IMG/VR virus record: IMGVR_UViG_3300033475_000009 | Location: 1 to 64,000 of that record | Origin: a virus | Lineage: Duplodnaviria > Caudoviricetes | Reading direction: 5' to 3' (one strand) | DNA: 64,000 nucleotides | Shown: positions 1 to 6,625 of the stretch, one piece after another | Layout: each line of letters starts with the position of its first letter | How positions within the stretch are numbered: the stretch's first letter is position 1 | Notes under the pieces: generated by a model | What the model was told of the DNA's origin: nothing | Databases searched by the model: none | What the model saw: only the letters and a program-made list of their open reading frames with translations | Position numbers and translations under genes: made by a program

Positions 1-2
1 AG

Positions 3-215
3 TTATATAGTTTTATATGATTCTCTTATTCTATAGTTTTTAATCCAATCAAGATTAGATCTTAATTCTTCTATATGTTTATTAGCTTCTTCTATAGTAT
101 TATGTTTGGTAATATTAGTTGCTAATTCAACTATTAAATCTGGTTCTTTATAGAAGTTATCTTTTATATCTAATATAATAGTTTCTATTTCATGTAATAT
201 ATAAGTTATATACAT
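3..215 (-). CDS. hypothetical protein (70 aa)
   Basis: ORF track; ATG preceded by an A-rich initiation region. Confidence 0.55.
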   Translation of the reverse strand: MYITYILHEIETIILDIKDNFYKEPDLIVELATNITKHNTIEEANKHIEELRSNLDWIKNYRIRESYKTI

Positions 216-351
216 AGTTGTAGTATTTTTAAGGTTTCGTAAGGAGTGAAATAGGGTGAATAGTGAGATGATAGGAAAAGTAGTGAGGTAATGTCTGTAC
301 AGTACAAGTATATATCTACTACTATTCTAAATATATACTTATATTATACTA

Positions 352-591
352 CTACTTCATTATTATACTTAAGGTATCTTCAATAGTATTATTATAATTA
401 CCTCTAAGTTGATTACTAATATCAAAGTACTTACAGGAAGATGGATAGAATTCTATTATTCTATTACCATAATTACATCTGAATACTCCAGGTGTTTGTT
501 CTTTAACTATAACTTTATTCTTTGTAAGTTCTGGAATAACTATAGATTTGAAATACTCTCTTAGAGCTTTCTTAACTGATTCTGAAGCCAT
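352..591 (-). CDS. hypothetical protein (79 aa)
   Basis: ORF track; co-oriented with neighbours. Confidence 0.6.
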   Translation of the reverse strand: MASESVKKALREYFKSIVIPELTKNKVIVKEQTPGVFRCNYGNRIIEFYPSSCKYFDISNQLRGNYNNTIEDTLSIIMK

Positions 592-729
592 ATTATCTGA
601 TTAGATTTAAATTAAAGAAAAAAAATGAAAAAATTTAAGAAAGGTACCCCAAAGAACTAAAACAGCTTCTTTATTAGTAACTATGAGGACTACTCCTCAA
701 AGTTCTAGATTTCTGACCACATTTCCAAA

Positions 730-987
730 CTATTTAACGACTTTATTTATCTTAAAATCATAATCTTTTAGTAGTTCATTGTCTACTAGTACTCTAATTA
801 TTTCATAGTCCTTTGGTATTATTAATTCTTGTTCTAATAACCATAGAATATATTTAGGCTTTTTAAATACTATTTGTCTAATAGTCAAGTATTTATATTT
901 ACCAAAACTTAACATAGTATCCATATTAACTCTAATAGGATTAAACTTTTTATATGATTTGTCTTTATTTACTTTTCTCTTGTACAT
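730..987 (-). CDS. small protein with FGKYK motif (DUF3820 / exonuclease X C-terminal-like)
   Basis: Motif MLSFGKYKYLTIRQIVFKKPKYILWL. Start moved to ATG 987 because the track's GTG start lies inside a hairpin. Confidence 0.6.
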   Translation of the reverse strand: MYKRKVNKDKSYKKFNPIRVNMDTMLSFGKYKYLTIRQIVFKKPKYILWLLEQELIIPKDYEIIRVLVDNELLKDYDFKINKVVK

Positions 988-1023
988 AATTATCTTAATA
1001 ATTCTATATTCTAATAAAAGAAT

Positions 1024-1056
1024 AACCACAGTACCTTATTATAGGATACTGTGGTT
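1024..1056 (-). terminator. hairpin downstream of 1123..1437, possible terminator
   Basis: AACCACAGTA ... TACTGTGGTT inverted repeat. Confidence 0.5.
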
Positions 1057-1122
1057 CTCTACCTTCCGTCACCTCAATCAAGCTTATTATTCTTTATTAC
1101 CATTAGAATATAGAATATAGAA

Positions 1123-1437
1123 TTAGGATAAGCTGAAGGTAGGAGTGATGTTCTTAGAAACCAGGAATTCCATGAGTTCTTTAGAGTCATACTTCTTTAC
1201 TACCTGCTTACCAGCTCCTACATATTCATTTCTGTCTTTTTGAAGTGTACCTTCAGTGCCATCAGACTTGGTATATTTCTCACCAGCCTTTAGAGTTTTG
1301 TAGCTGATTTGTTCAGCGTTAGTGTCAAACTTAGACTTTGGCACCCATACAGTATTACCTGATGCAGTGTTGACAATATACATATCTCTACCATTATAAT
1401 TGGCTGTAGTCCAAGATGAAATTAGTTCTGTGATCAT
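1123..1437 (-). CDS. hypothetical protein (104 aa), possibly beta-rich nucleic-acid-binding
   Basis: Clean ORF with less AT-skewed codons than its neighbours; function is a guess. Confidence 0.7.
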   Translation of the reverse strand: MITELISSWTTANYNGRDMYIVNTASGNTVWVPKSKFDTNAEQISYKTLKAGEKYTKSDGTEGTLQKDRNEYVGAGKQVVKKYDSKELMEFLVSKNITPTFSLS

Positions 1438-1601
1438 AGTTGTAAATATTTATAGGTTGAACATTTTTATAGTAGAGTATACCGGGGTACTCCAACTCAA
1501 CTTCAAGGTGGGGGAGTTTGTAGTGGCAATCCACCATCTAAACATCTACACTATATTTTAAAATTTTATCTATTATAAATTTTTAAAACTAAATTATATA
1601 T

Positions 1602-1609
1602 TATATTTG
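1602..1609 (+). promoter_or_regulatory. Bacteroidota sigma70-type -7 element
   Basis: TATATTTG matches TAnnTTTG, upstream of ORF 1661. Confidence 0.55.
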
Positions 1610-1660
1610 TAATACCTGACCAAGTAGGCAGAGTAATTAAACATTTAAATATTTATTATT

Positions 1661-1936
1661 ATGAAAAGTAAAGTTAGAATTGAATTAGATGAAAATAATT
1701 CACCAGTAGTTGAATTAGAATTTATTGCTTCAGAAGATCTAAGAGATAAAGTAGCACATCAATTTAGAGAAAGATTTGAATACTGGAGTAGTTACTGTAT
1801 AGTTAGATGGGATGATACTCCTGTAGTAGGTAAAGGGTCTAGAATGCTTATATCTCCTGTACCTCCTGATGAAATGGAAGCTTTAGTAGAAAAGATTAAA
1901 GTTAGAATTAAGGAGTATAAAGAAAGAATAAAATAG
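1661..1936 (+). CDS. hypothetical protein (91 aa)
   Basis: ORF track; has its own promoter and terminator. Confidence 0.7.
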   Translation: MKSKVRIELDENNSPVVELEFIASEDLRDKVAHQFRERFEYWSSYCIVRWDDTPVVGKGSRMLISPVPPDEMEALVEKIKVRIKEYKERIK

Positions 1937-1948
1937 AATGTAAACTAT

Positions 1949-1975
1949 AAAGGGTAGTTATTAGCTACCCTTTTT
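1949..1975 (+). terminator. intrinsic terminator, probably bidirectional
   Basis: AAAGGGTAGTTA/TAGCTACCCTTT stem plus T-tract, between convergent genes. Confidence 0.75.
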
Positions 1976-1977
1976 CA

Positions 1978-2148
1978 TTATAAACTTTTATGTCTTATTC
2001 TTTCTAAACTTAAAAATATACTATTAAAATCTTTTTCAGATAAGGCAGTGATAAAAGGCACTGATTTATTACCGTCTTTAATAATAAGATATTTAGTAGC
2101 AAAATACTAAGGATTATTTTTACATTTCTCTAATTCTTTTTTATCCAT
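1978..2148 (-). pseudogene. 56-codon ORF interrupted by an in-frame TAG (2107-2109)
   Basis: MDKKELEKCKNNP*YFATKYLIIKDGNKSVPF...RHKSL; fills the gap between the upstream gene and the terminator. Confidence 0.55.
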
Positions 2149-2159
2149 AATTACTAAAG

Positions 2160-2483
2160 TTAAATCATATATTTTTCTGCTAGTTCTTTAATTCTAGCAA
2201 ACTCTGACATTTGATTATCATCCAATACATCATGATTCTCTATTACTGAACTTGATAATAATTGATACTTATAGATACTTATTATAAAGTCATTCATTAA
2301 GTTTAGTAGTATATCCTGATCTAAGTAATAGAAATCACCTGATTTAATCATAGGCCTTTTATACCAGTATCCATCTATTAGTACTCTTAACTTAGTTTCA
2401 AATCGTATGTAGTAAGTTATATTACCATGTCTATTTATAGTCTTGACTTCTTTTTCTATTTCTGGAAATATATATTCTTTCAT
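2160..2483 (-). CDS. hypothetical protein (107 aa)
   Basis: ORF track; operon packing. Confidence 0.65.
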   Translation of the reverse strand: MKEYIFPEIEKEVKTINRHGNITYYIRFETKLRVLIDGYWYKRPMIKSGDFYYLDQDILLNLMNDFIISIYKYQLLSSSVIENHDVLDDNQMSEFARIKELAEKYMI

Positions 2484-2495
2484 ATTATAAAGAAC

Positions 2496-2798
2496 TTAAA
2501 AGTGTTTATTATTTATTTCTTCTATATATTCTAAAGCTTTATCTATAACTTGTTCTAAAGACAAACATCCTCCAAAACTAGTTAATTCAATTCCACCTTT
2601 TTCTATATAAACGTTATTTTCTTCTTTATCCCAGAACTGAAAATTAAATTGGTACTTACCAGACCAATATTTTATTTTTTCAAATCTACTAAGTTCATCA
2701 TACTTTAATCTCTTATCTGAGATATTTTTATAATGTTGATTTTTATTTTTAGAATTTTCTAATTGTTCTTGCCAATTACTACCTTCATGAAAGCTCAT
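2496..2798 (-). CDS. hypothetical protein (100 aa)
   Basis: ORF track; ATGA overlap with the upstream gene. Confidence 0.65.
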   Translation of the reverse strand: MSFHEGSNWQEQLENSKNKNQHYKNISDKRLKYDELSRFEKIKYWSGKYQFNFQFWDKEENNVYIEKGGIELTSFGGCLSLEQVIDKALEYIEEINNKHF

Positions 2799-3049
2799 AT
2801 TATAGGAAACTTTAAAATTAATTGATCTACTTCTTTAGTTAATTGTTCTTTAATTATATTAACTATCTCTTCACTACTAACTATAGTACATCTTTTCTGT
2901 ATCTCTTCTGTTCTCTTCTTAGGTATATCATAATGATTCTTATGAAACCAACATTTATCTATATCTAACTCCTTTGCCATCTTATGTAAGTTATTTATAG
3001 AATAAGGTTTATAGACTAAATGTCTTTTATTATCGCAATAATAAATCAT
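2795..3049 (-). CDS. DUF4031-like protein
   Basis: Motif LHKMAKELDIDKCWFHKNHYDI. Confidence 0.6.
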   Translation of the reverse strand: MIYYCDNKRHLVYKPYSINNLHKMAKELDIDKCWFHKNHYDIPKKRTEEIQKRCTIVSSEEIVNIIKEQLTKEVDQLILKFPII

Positions 3050-3294
3050 ATATCTATATGTTCTTTTTCAGATATAAATAATATTATATATACTTTACTA
3101 AACCAGCTAATAGATAGTTGGTATCTATCACTATATACTCCATCACTAAATTCATATACATAGTAAGGACCATTAGTAACTTTAAATCTATTAAAACTAA
3201 TGTCTAACTTATTATGCATTCTATCAGTATACATTAAAGTTGTACGTGCTTCATGTATATTTTCCTTTGTATATTTATTATATCTTATTTTCAT
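3046..3294 (-). CDS. hypothetical protein (82 aa)
   Basis: ORF track; overlaps with neighbours. Confidence 0.55.
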   Translation of the reverse strand: MKIRYNKYTKENIHEARTTLMYTDRMHNKLDISFNRFKVTNGPYYVYEFSDGVYSDRYQLSISWFSKVYIILFISEKEHIDI

Positions 3295-3511
3295 GGCTAT
3301 TATCTTTTTCTAAGTAAGGCACTATTTTAAATCTAATATTATTTATAACATAAATTTTATTTAAATCTGAATCTATTTCTACATTAGCAAATGTATCTAG
3401 TACTAACTTTTGTTCTTCAGTAATTCTTATAGTATATTTCGGTACTATTTTACTTATAGTAGTAGAATTATCTAATTCATACTTTTCTCCTATTTCTATA
3501 TTATAGTTCAT
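3278..3511 (-). CDS. hypothetical protein (77 aa)
   Basis: ORF track. Confidence 0.55.
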   Translation of the reverse strand: MNYNIEIGEKYELDNSTTISKIVPKYTIRITEEQKLVLDTFANVEIDSDLNKIYVINNIRFKIVPYLEKDNSHENKI

Positions 3512-3512
3512 A

Positions 3513-3752
3513 TTATTCTATATTTTTATCCCATTCTTTTAATATACTACTCCAGATTTCTTTGTCTTTATACCAACTCTCAGTTAGTTCTCTACCTTCC
3601 TTATCATACTAACATATACAATACCAACTCTTACCCTGCTTCCAGGATTGTAATACTATATCTTTAAAGTAAGGTATTTGTATATGTAGTAAATCATCTA
3701 TATAAATCTTTATATAATTACCTGTTATCTTTAACTCTACTTTACTATTCAT
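3513..3752 (-). pseudogene. 79-codon ORF interrupted by an in-frame TAG (3609-3611)
   Basis: MNSKVELKITGNYIKIYIDDLLHIQ...WYCIC*YDKEGRELTESWYKDKEIWSSILKEWDKNIE; ATGA overlap upstream and stop 1 nt before the next ATG. Confidence 0.6.
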
Positions 3753-4510
3753 ATACTTTTTAAGAGTTTATATAATTCATAATTCCATCTTGCATCAGAG
3801 AGTGCATTATATTCATTGGTTTGAGTAGGGTAATTAGGATGTGTTTTTATTTCATGTCCATAAATAAATTGATCCTTATTAGATCCAAAATAAATTCTAC
3901 CATCACCTGTTTTATCATAAGCTTCAGTAATCTTATTTTCTAATTCCTGTTTCAGATCAATGCAATACATCGGAAATCCTTTGGGAAGATCAATCATCCT
4001 ACCAAATAACCAGCAGAATACTACCCAATCATAGTCTGAATAAAAGCCATAAAATTGAGGTAGTCTATTTTCTCTTTTTAATAATTCTATTCTGCCTTCG
4101 TAAGTTGATCTAGCTTCAGATGTCATTTTATTCCTAATAGTAAGTCCATTTTTTAAATCTAACTGATCTTTATAAGAAACAAAATCTTTAATCTCTTCTG
4201 CTATTTGTTTATTAGATTTACCAAAATGATTTATAAGTCTAGTAAATTCTTGTAGGTAGACTATCTCAGAGTAGTGTTGATATTTATCATTATTAAAAAG
4301 ATTCTTTAATACATTGTCTCTTAACCACTCATTATTCCAGGCAGCTTTTATATCAAAATCTTTAGATATGGCGTAGTACTCTCTACCATCTTCAGCTACT
4401 ACACCTATTGAAATTAATTCAATAGTATCTACTGGTTTATTACTCATTAAAATATCTAAAAGATTCTTCTTTTGATATTCATGAAATTCTGTATCTATAA
4501 AATATTTCAT
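3749..4510 (-). CDS. DEDD 3'-5' exo(ribo)nuclease, DUF5051/Rv2179c-like
   Basis: N-terminal YFIDTEF, ELISIGVVAEDGREYYA, YSDYDWVVFCWLFGRMIDLP, C-terminal NALSDARWN. Confidence 0.85.
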   Translation of the reverse strand: MKYFIDTEFHEYQKKNLLDILMSNKPVDTIELISIGVVAEDGREYYAISKDFDIKAAWNNEWLRDNVLKNLFNNDKYQHYSEIVYLQEFTRLINHFGKSNKQIAEEIKDFVSYKDQLDLKNGLTIRNKMTSEARSTYEGRIELLKRENRLPQFYGFYSDYDWVVFCWLFGRMIDLPKGFPMYCIDLKQELENKITEAYDKTGDGRIYFGSNKDQFIYGHEIKTHPNYPTQTNEYNALSDARWNYELYKLLKSI

Positions 4511-4511
4511 A

Positions 4512-4877
4512 TTAGTCTATAATCATATAGTTATTTAATTCCATATCTTCTCTTACATAATGATTAAAGCCTAACTCTTTATATCTAGTTTGTATAATTA
4601 AATCTTCACTATTAATTGATTTATTTACATATAACACTCTATCATATACTATATCATATAACTTCATGCCTTCTTTAAGTTCTTTATATGAAATAATATT
4701 TCTTAAAGTAGAACGGATTAATGCTCTCTTTTCATTAAGTAGAGTTAATATATAACTATAATCTACATATGATTTTTCTATGATACTTCCTAATTCTCCT
4801 GTATAAGCATGTGTATGAGGAAGGGATTGAAGTAGTTCTATTTCTACTTCTAATTTAAGTTTTTCTTTTTCTGTCAT
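4512..4877 (-). CDS. hypothetical protein (121 aa)
   Basis: ORF track. Confidence 0.65.
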   Translation of the reverse strand: MTEKEKLKLEVEIELLQSLPHTHAYTGELGSIIEKSYVDYSYILTLLNEKRALIRSTLRNIISYKELKEGMKLYDIVYDRVLYVNKSINSEDLIIQTRYKELGFNHYVREDMELNNYMIID

Positions 4878-4919
4878 AAATATTTATTTTGGGTTGTTTG
4901 CAATTTAGTAAAATATTAT

Positions 4920-4927
4920 TACCTTTA
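4920..4927 (+). promoter_or_regulatory. -7-like promoter element for leader 1
   Basis: TACCTTTA, TTTG at 4897-4900, ATG 4 nt downstream. Confidence 0.55.
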
Positions 4928-4931
4928 CATT

Positions 4932-4985
4932 ATGTTATTCACTAGAAAAAATAATAATGGTAAGGATTGGGCTAGAAGGGTCTAA
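4932..4985 (+). CDS. attenuator leader peptide 1 MLFTRKNNNGKDWARRV
   Basis: 17-codon ORF; KNNNGKDW run matches downstream tRNAs Trp/Gly/Asn/Asp/Lys. Confidence 0.85.
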   Translation: MLFTRKNNNGKDWARRV

Positions 4986-5012
4986 GGCTAAACTATTATA
5001 TAAATATATTAG

Positions 5013-5050
5013 AATCCTTAGACCTGATAAATCTAAGGATTTTTTATTTT
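5013..5050 (+). terminator. attenuator terminator 1
   Basis: AATCCTTAGA/TCTAAGGATT stem + TTTTATTTT; 5' arm can instead pair with GGTCTAAGG (4979-4987). Confidence 0.85.
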
Positions 5051-5052
5051 AT

Positions 5053-5121
5053 ACACTTTAGGCTAAGGTAGCCAAGAGATCTCCAAAATCTTAGGAAGTA
5101 GTTCGATTCTACTAGAGTGTG
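5053..5121 (+). tRNA. trnW: tRNA-Trp(CCA)
   Basis: ACACTTT/AGAGTGT acceptor, GAGAT-CTCCAAA-ATCTT anticodon arm, AGTAG-TTCGATT-CTACT T arm. Confidence 0.85.
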
Positions 5122-5126
5122 CATAA

Positions 5127-5198
5127 GCAGTATAAGTGTTGATGAATACATACCTGACTTCCAATCAGGAGTAGACAGATTATTACTGTCATACTGCT
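5127..5198 (+). tRNA. trnG: tRNA-Gly(TCC), atypical T loop
   Basis: GCAGTAT/ATACTGC, CCTGA-CTTCCAA-TCAGG, T loop ATTATTA, U73. Confidence 0.8.
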
Positions 5199-5203
5199 CT
5201 AAA

Positions 5204-5275
5204 GAGATAGGTAATAGTTCGATTCTATTTATAATATCTTAAAGATATTATAAGGTGTACTGGTGGCATAATCTC
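5204..5275 (+). ncRNA. circularly permuted tRNA-like RNA 1
   Basis: GAGAT - T arm AATAG/TTCGATT/CTATT - closed acceptor-like hairpin TATAATATCTT/AAGATATTATA - D arm GTGT/ACTGGTG/GCAT - ATCTC. Confidence 0.7.
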
Positions 5276-5279
5276 GCAT

Positions 5280-5351
5280 GGGAAGTTAGCTTAATGGTAA
5301 AGCTTCTAGCTGTTAACTAGAAAGATATTAGTTCGAGTCTAATACTTCCCT
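5280..5351 (+). tRNA. trnN: tRNA-Asn(GTT)
   Basis: GGGAAGT/ACTTCCC, TCTAG-CTGTTAA-CTAGA, canonical D and T arms. Confidence 0.95.
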
Positions 5352-5357
5352 CTACAA

Positions 5358-5513
5358 TGTTAGGTGATGAAATTGGTAGACATTTCCCTACTGTCTCTAG
5401 GGAGAGGAACAACTGATAAACTCAGAATAGTGGATTGACCACCAAAGTAAGTTAAAAGATATTTTGTTCTGAAGCTAAAGTCCTCGTGTAAGGTTCGAGT
5501 CCTTCCCTAACAG
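5358..5513 (+). ncRNA. tRNA-like RNA with GTC anticodon and 85-nt variable arm
   Basis: TGTTAGG/CCTAACA acceptor, class II-type D arm, TCCCTA-CTGTCTC-TAGGGA, variable arm closed by GAGGA/TCCTC, T loop TTCGAGT. Confidence 0.8.
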
Positions 5514-5514
5514 C

Positions 5515-5638
5515 TAAGAAAGAAGAATAGGTTAAAAACCTATATAAGTAAATGTTGGCTAGAACTAAAATATTAAAAGTAATATAGATAACGCTTTTAT
5601 TTTATACTTATTGATGTAACTGACAGCATACTTTCTTA
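5515..5638 (+). ncRNA. circularly permuted tRNA-like RNA 2
   Basis: TAAGAAAG - ATAGG/TTAAAAA/CCTAT - ATAAGTA...54 nt...TACTTAT - TG - ATGT/AACTGACA/GCAT - A - CTTTCTTA. Confidence 0.6.
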
Positions 5639-5642
5639 ACCT

Positions 5643-5714
5643 GGTCTATTAGTATAATGGTTATTATATTCCACTGTCACTGGAAAGAAGAGAATTCAAT
5701 TTTCTCATAGACCG
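5643..5714 (+). tRNA. trnD: tRNA-Asp(GTC)
   Basis: GGTCTAT/ATAGACC, TTCCA-CTGTCAC-TGGAA, G73. Confidence 0.9.
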
Positions 5715-5719
5715 CTTAT

Positions 5720-5793
5720 TTCCTTGTAGCTTAATTGGCTAAAGCACCATCCTTTTAAGATGGGTTATGTGAGTTCAAATCTCACCAGGGAAA
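5720..5793 (+). tRNA. trnK: tRNA-Lys(TTT)
   Basis: TTCCTTG/CAGGGAA, CCATC-CTTTTAA-GATGG. Confidence 0.92.
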
Positions 5794-5809
5794 CTAAAAT
5801 TTATTTTAT

Positions 5810-5817
5810 TATCTTTA
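5810..5817 (+). promoter_or_regulatory. -7-like element for HNH 1
   Basis: TATCTTTA-CAAA-ATG, same spacing as leaders 1 and 3. Confidence 0.45.
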
Positions 5818-5821
5818 CAAA

Positions 5822-6271
5822 ATGAAAAAATGTACTAGATGTAAAGAAGAAAAATCTTTTGAATCCTTTAGTATAAAAGGAAATAGAAAAAAAGATAATA
5901 GTATTATATATCAAGATTTTTGTAAGAATTGTCAAAATGAATATACTAAAAAATGGTATATAGAGAATAAAGAGAAACATAAAAGAAATACAGCTATTCT
6001 AAATAAGAAAAACTTTGAAAGTATTCGATATTACATATACAATTATTTAAAAGATAAAGAATGCATAGATTGTAAATCAATAGATTTTAGAACTTTTCAA
6101 TTTGATCATAGAGATAGAAATAACAAAGTTTCAGAAATATCTACAATGGTAAAAAATAGAGTTAGACTAGAATTGATAAAGTTAGAAATAAATAAATGTG
6201 ATATAAGATGTGCTAATTGTCATATCATTAAAACAGGTATTGAAAATAATGCTTGGTGGACAAAATTATAA
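5822..6271 (+). CDS. HNH endonuclease, homing type, with Zn-binding N-terminus
   Basis: CTRC...CKNC; CIDC...FQFDHRD...KCDIRCANCHIIKT. Confidence 0.85.
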   Translation: MKKCTRCKEEKSFESFSIKGNRKKDNSIIYQDFCKNCQNEYTKKWYIENKEKHKRNTAILNKKNFESIRYYIYNYLKDKECIDCKSIDFRTFQFDHRDRNNKVSEISTMVKNRVRLELIKLEINKCDIRCANCHIIKTGIENNAWWTKL

Positions 6272-6312
6272 AATATTTTTGTTTACTATTTTGAACTTTT
6301 AATTATTAATAT

Positions 6313-6320
6313 TAGTTTTG
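6313..6320 (+). promoter_or_regulatory. -7 promoter element for tRNA-Met and leader 2
   Basis: TAGTTTTG matches TAnnTTTG, 8 nt before the tRNA. Confidence 0.55.
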
Positions 6321-6328
6321 TACCATAT

Positions 6329-6401
6329 TGCGAGTAGGACAAGTGGCTAAGTCAGAAGTCTCATAAGCTTTCAGGAGTGGGTTCAATTCCCACACTCGCT
6401 A
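6329..6401 (+). tRNA. trnM: tRNA-Met(CAT), probably initiator type
   Basis: TGCGAGT/ACTCGCT with 1:72 mismatch, GAAGT-CTCATAA-GCTTT, A73. Confidence 0.85.
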
Positions 6402-6412
6402 CTAAAAATAAT

Positions 6413-6481
6413 ATGAAAAATTTATCACTATATAGTTTATGTTCGTATCTCTTATATAAAGAGGTTGATATAACTATATAG
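6413..6481 (+). CDS. attenuator leader peptide 2 MKNLSLYSLCSYLLYKEVDITI
   Basis: 22-codon ORF; 12 consecutive Leu/Ser/Tyr/Cys codons matching the downstream array. Confidence 0.88.
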   Translation: MKNLSLYSLCSYLLYKEVDITI

Positions 6482-6510
6482 TAAATAAAAAACTAATAAA
6501 TAGTTATTTG

Positions 6511-6545
6511 ACCTCTAGGAATAAAATCTTAGAGGTTTTTTATTT
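6511..6545 (+). terminator. attenuator terminator 2
   Basis: ACCTCTAGGA/TCTTAGAGGT + TTTTTATTT; alternative helix 6460-6477 with 6500-6516. Confidence 0.85.
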
Positions 6546-6548
6546 CAG

Positions 6549-6622
6549 GTCCTTATGATGGAATAGGTATACATACTAGTTTTAGAAACTAGGTTCTGTA
6601 GGTTCGAGTCCTACTAAGGATA
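6549..6622 (+). tRNA. trnL: tRNA-Leu(TAG), short variable region
   Basis: GTCCTTA/TAAGGAT, CTAGT-TTTAGAA-ACTAG, A73. Confidence 0.88.
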
Positions 6623-6625
6623 CAA

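Noticed and set aside
241-292. Short AGTGA/GGTGA repeats in an intergenic gap
   Set aside because: Too short and irregular to support a repeat array, iterons or CRISPR.
5197-5203. CTCTAAA before permuted RNA 1 read as an amber-suppressor anticodon loop
   Set aside because: The 7 nt form a canonical CU-CUA-AA loop, but they overlap tRNA-Gly C72/U73, and CTA is the generic 3' trailer of ten tRNAs here. Coincidence is the simpler explanation unless a circularised product is found.
5404-5488. Variable-arm insert as a tRNA intron
   Set aside because: It lies in the variable arm rather than the anticodon loop, and shows no group I P/Q/R/S core or bulge-helix-bulge motif.
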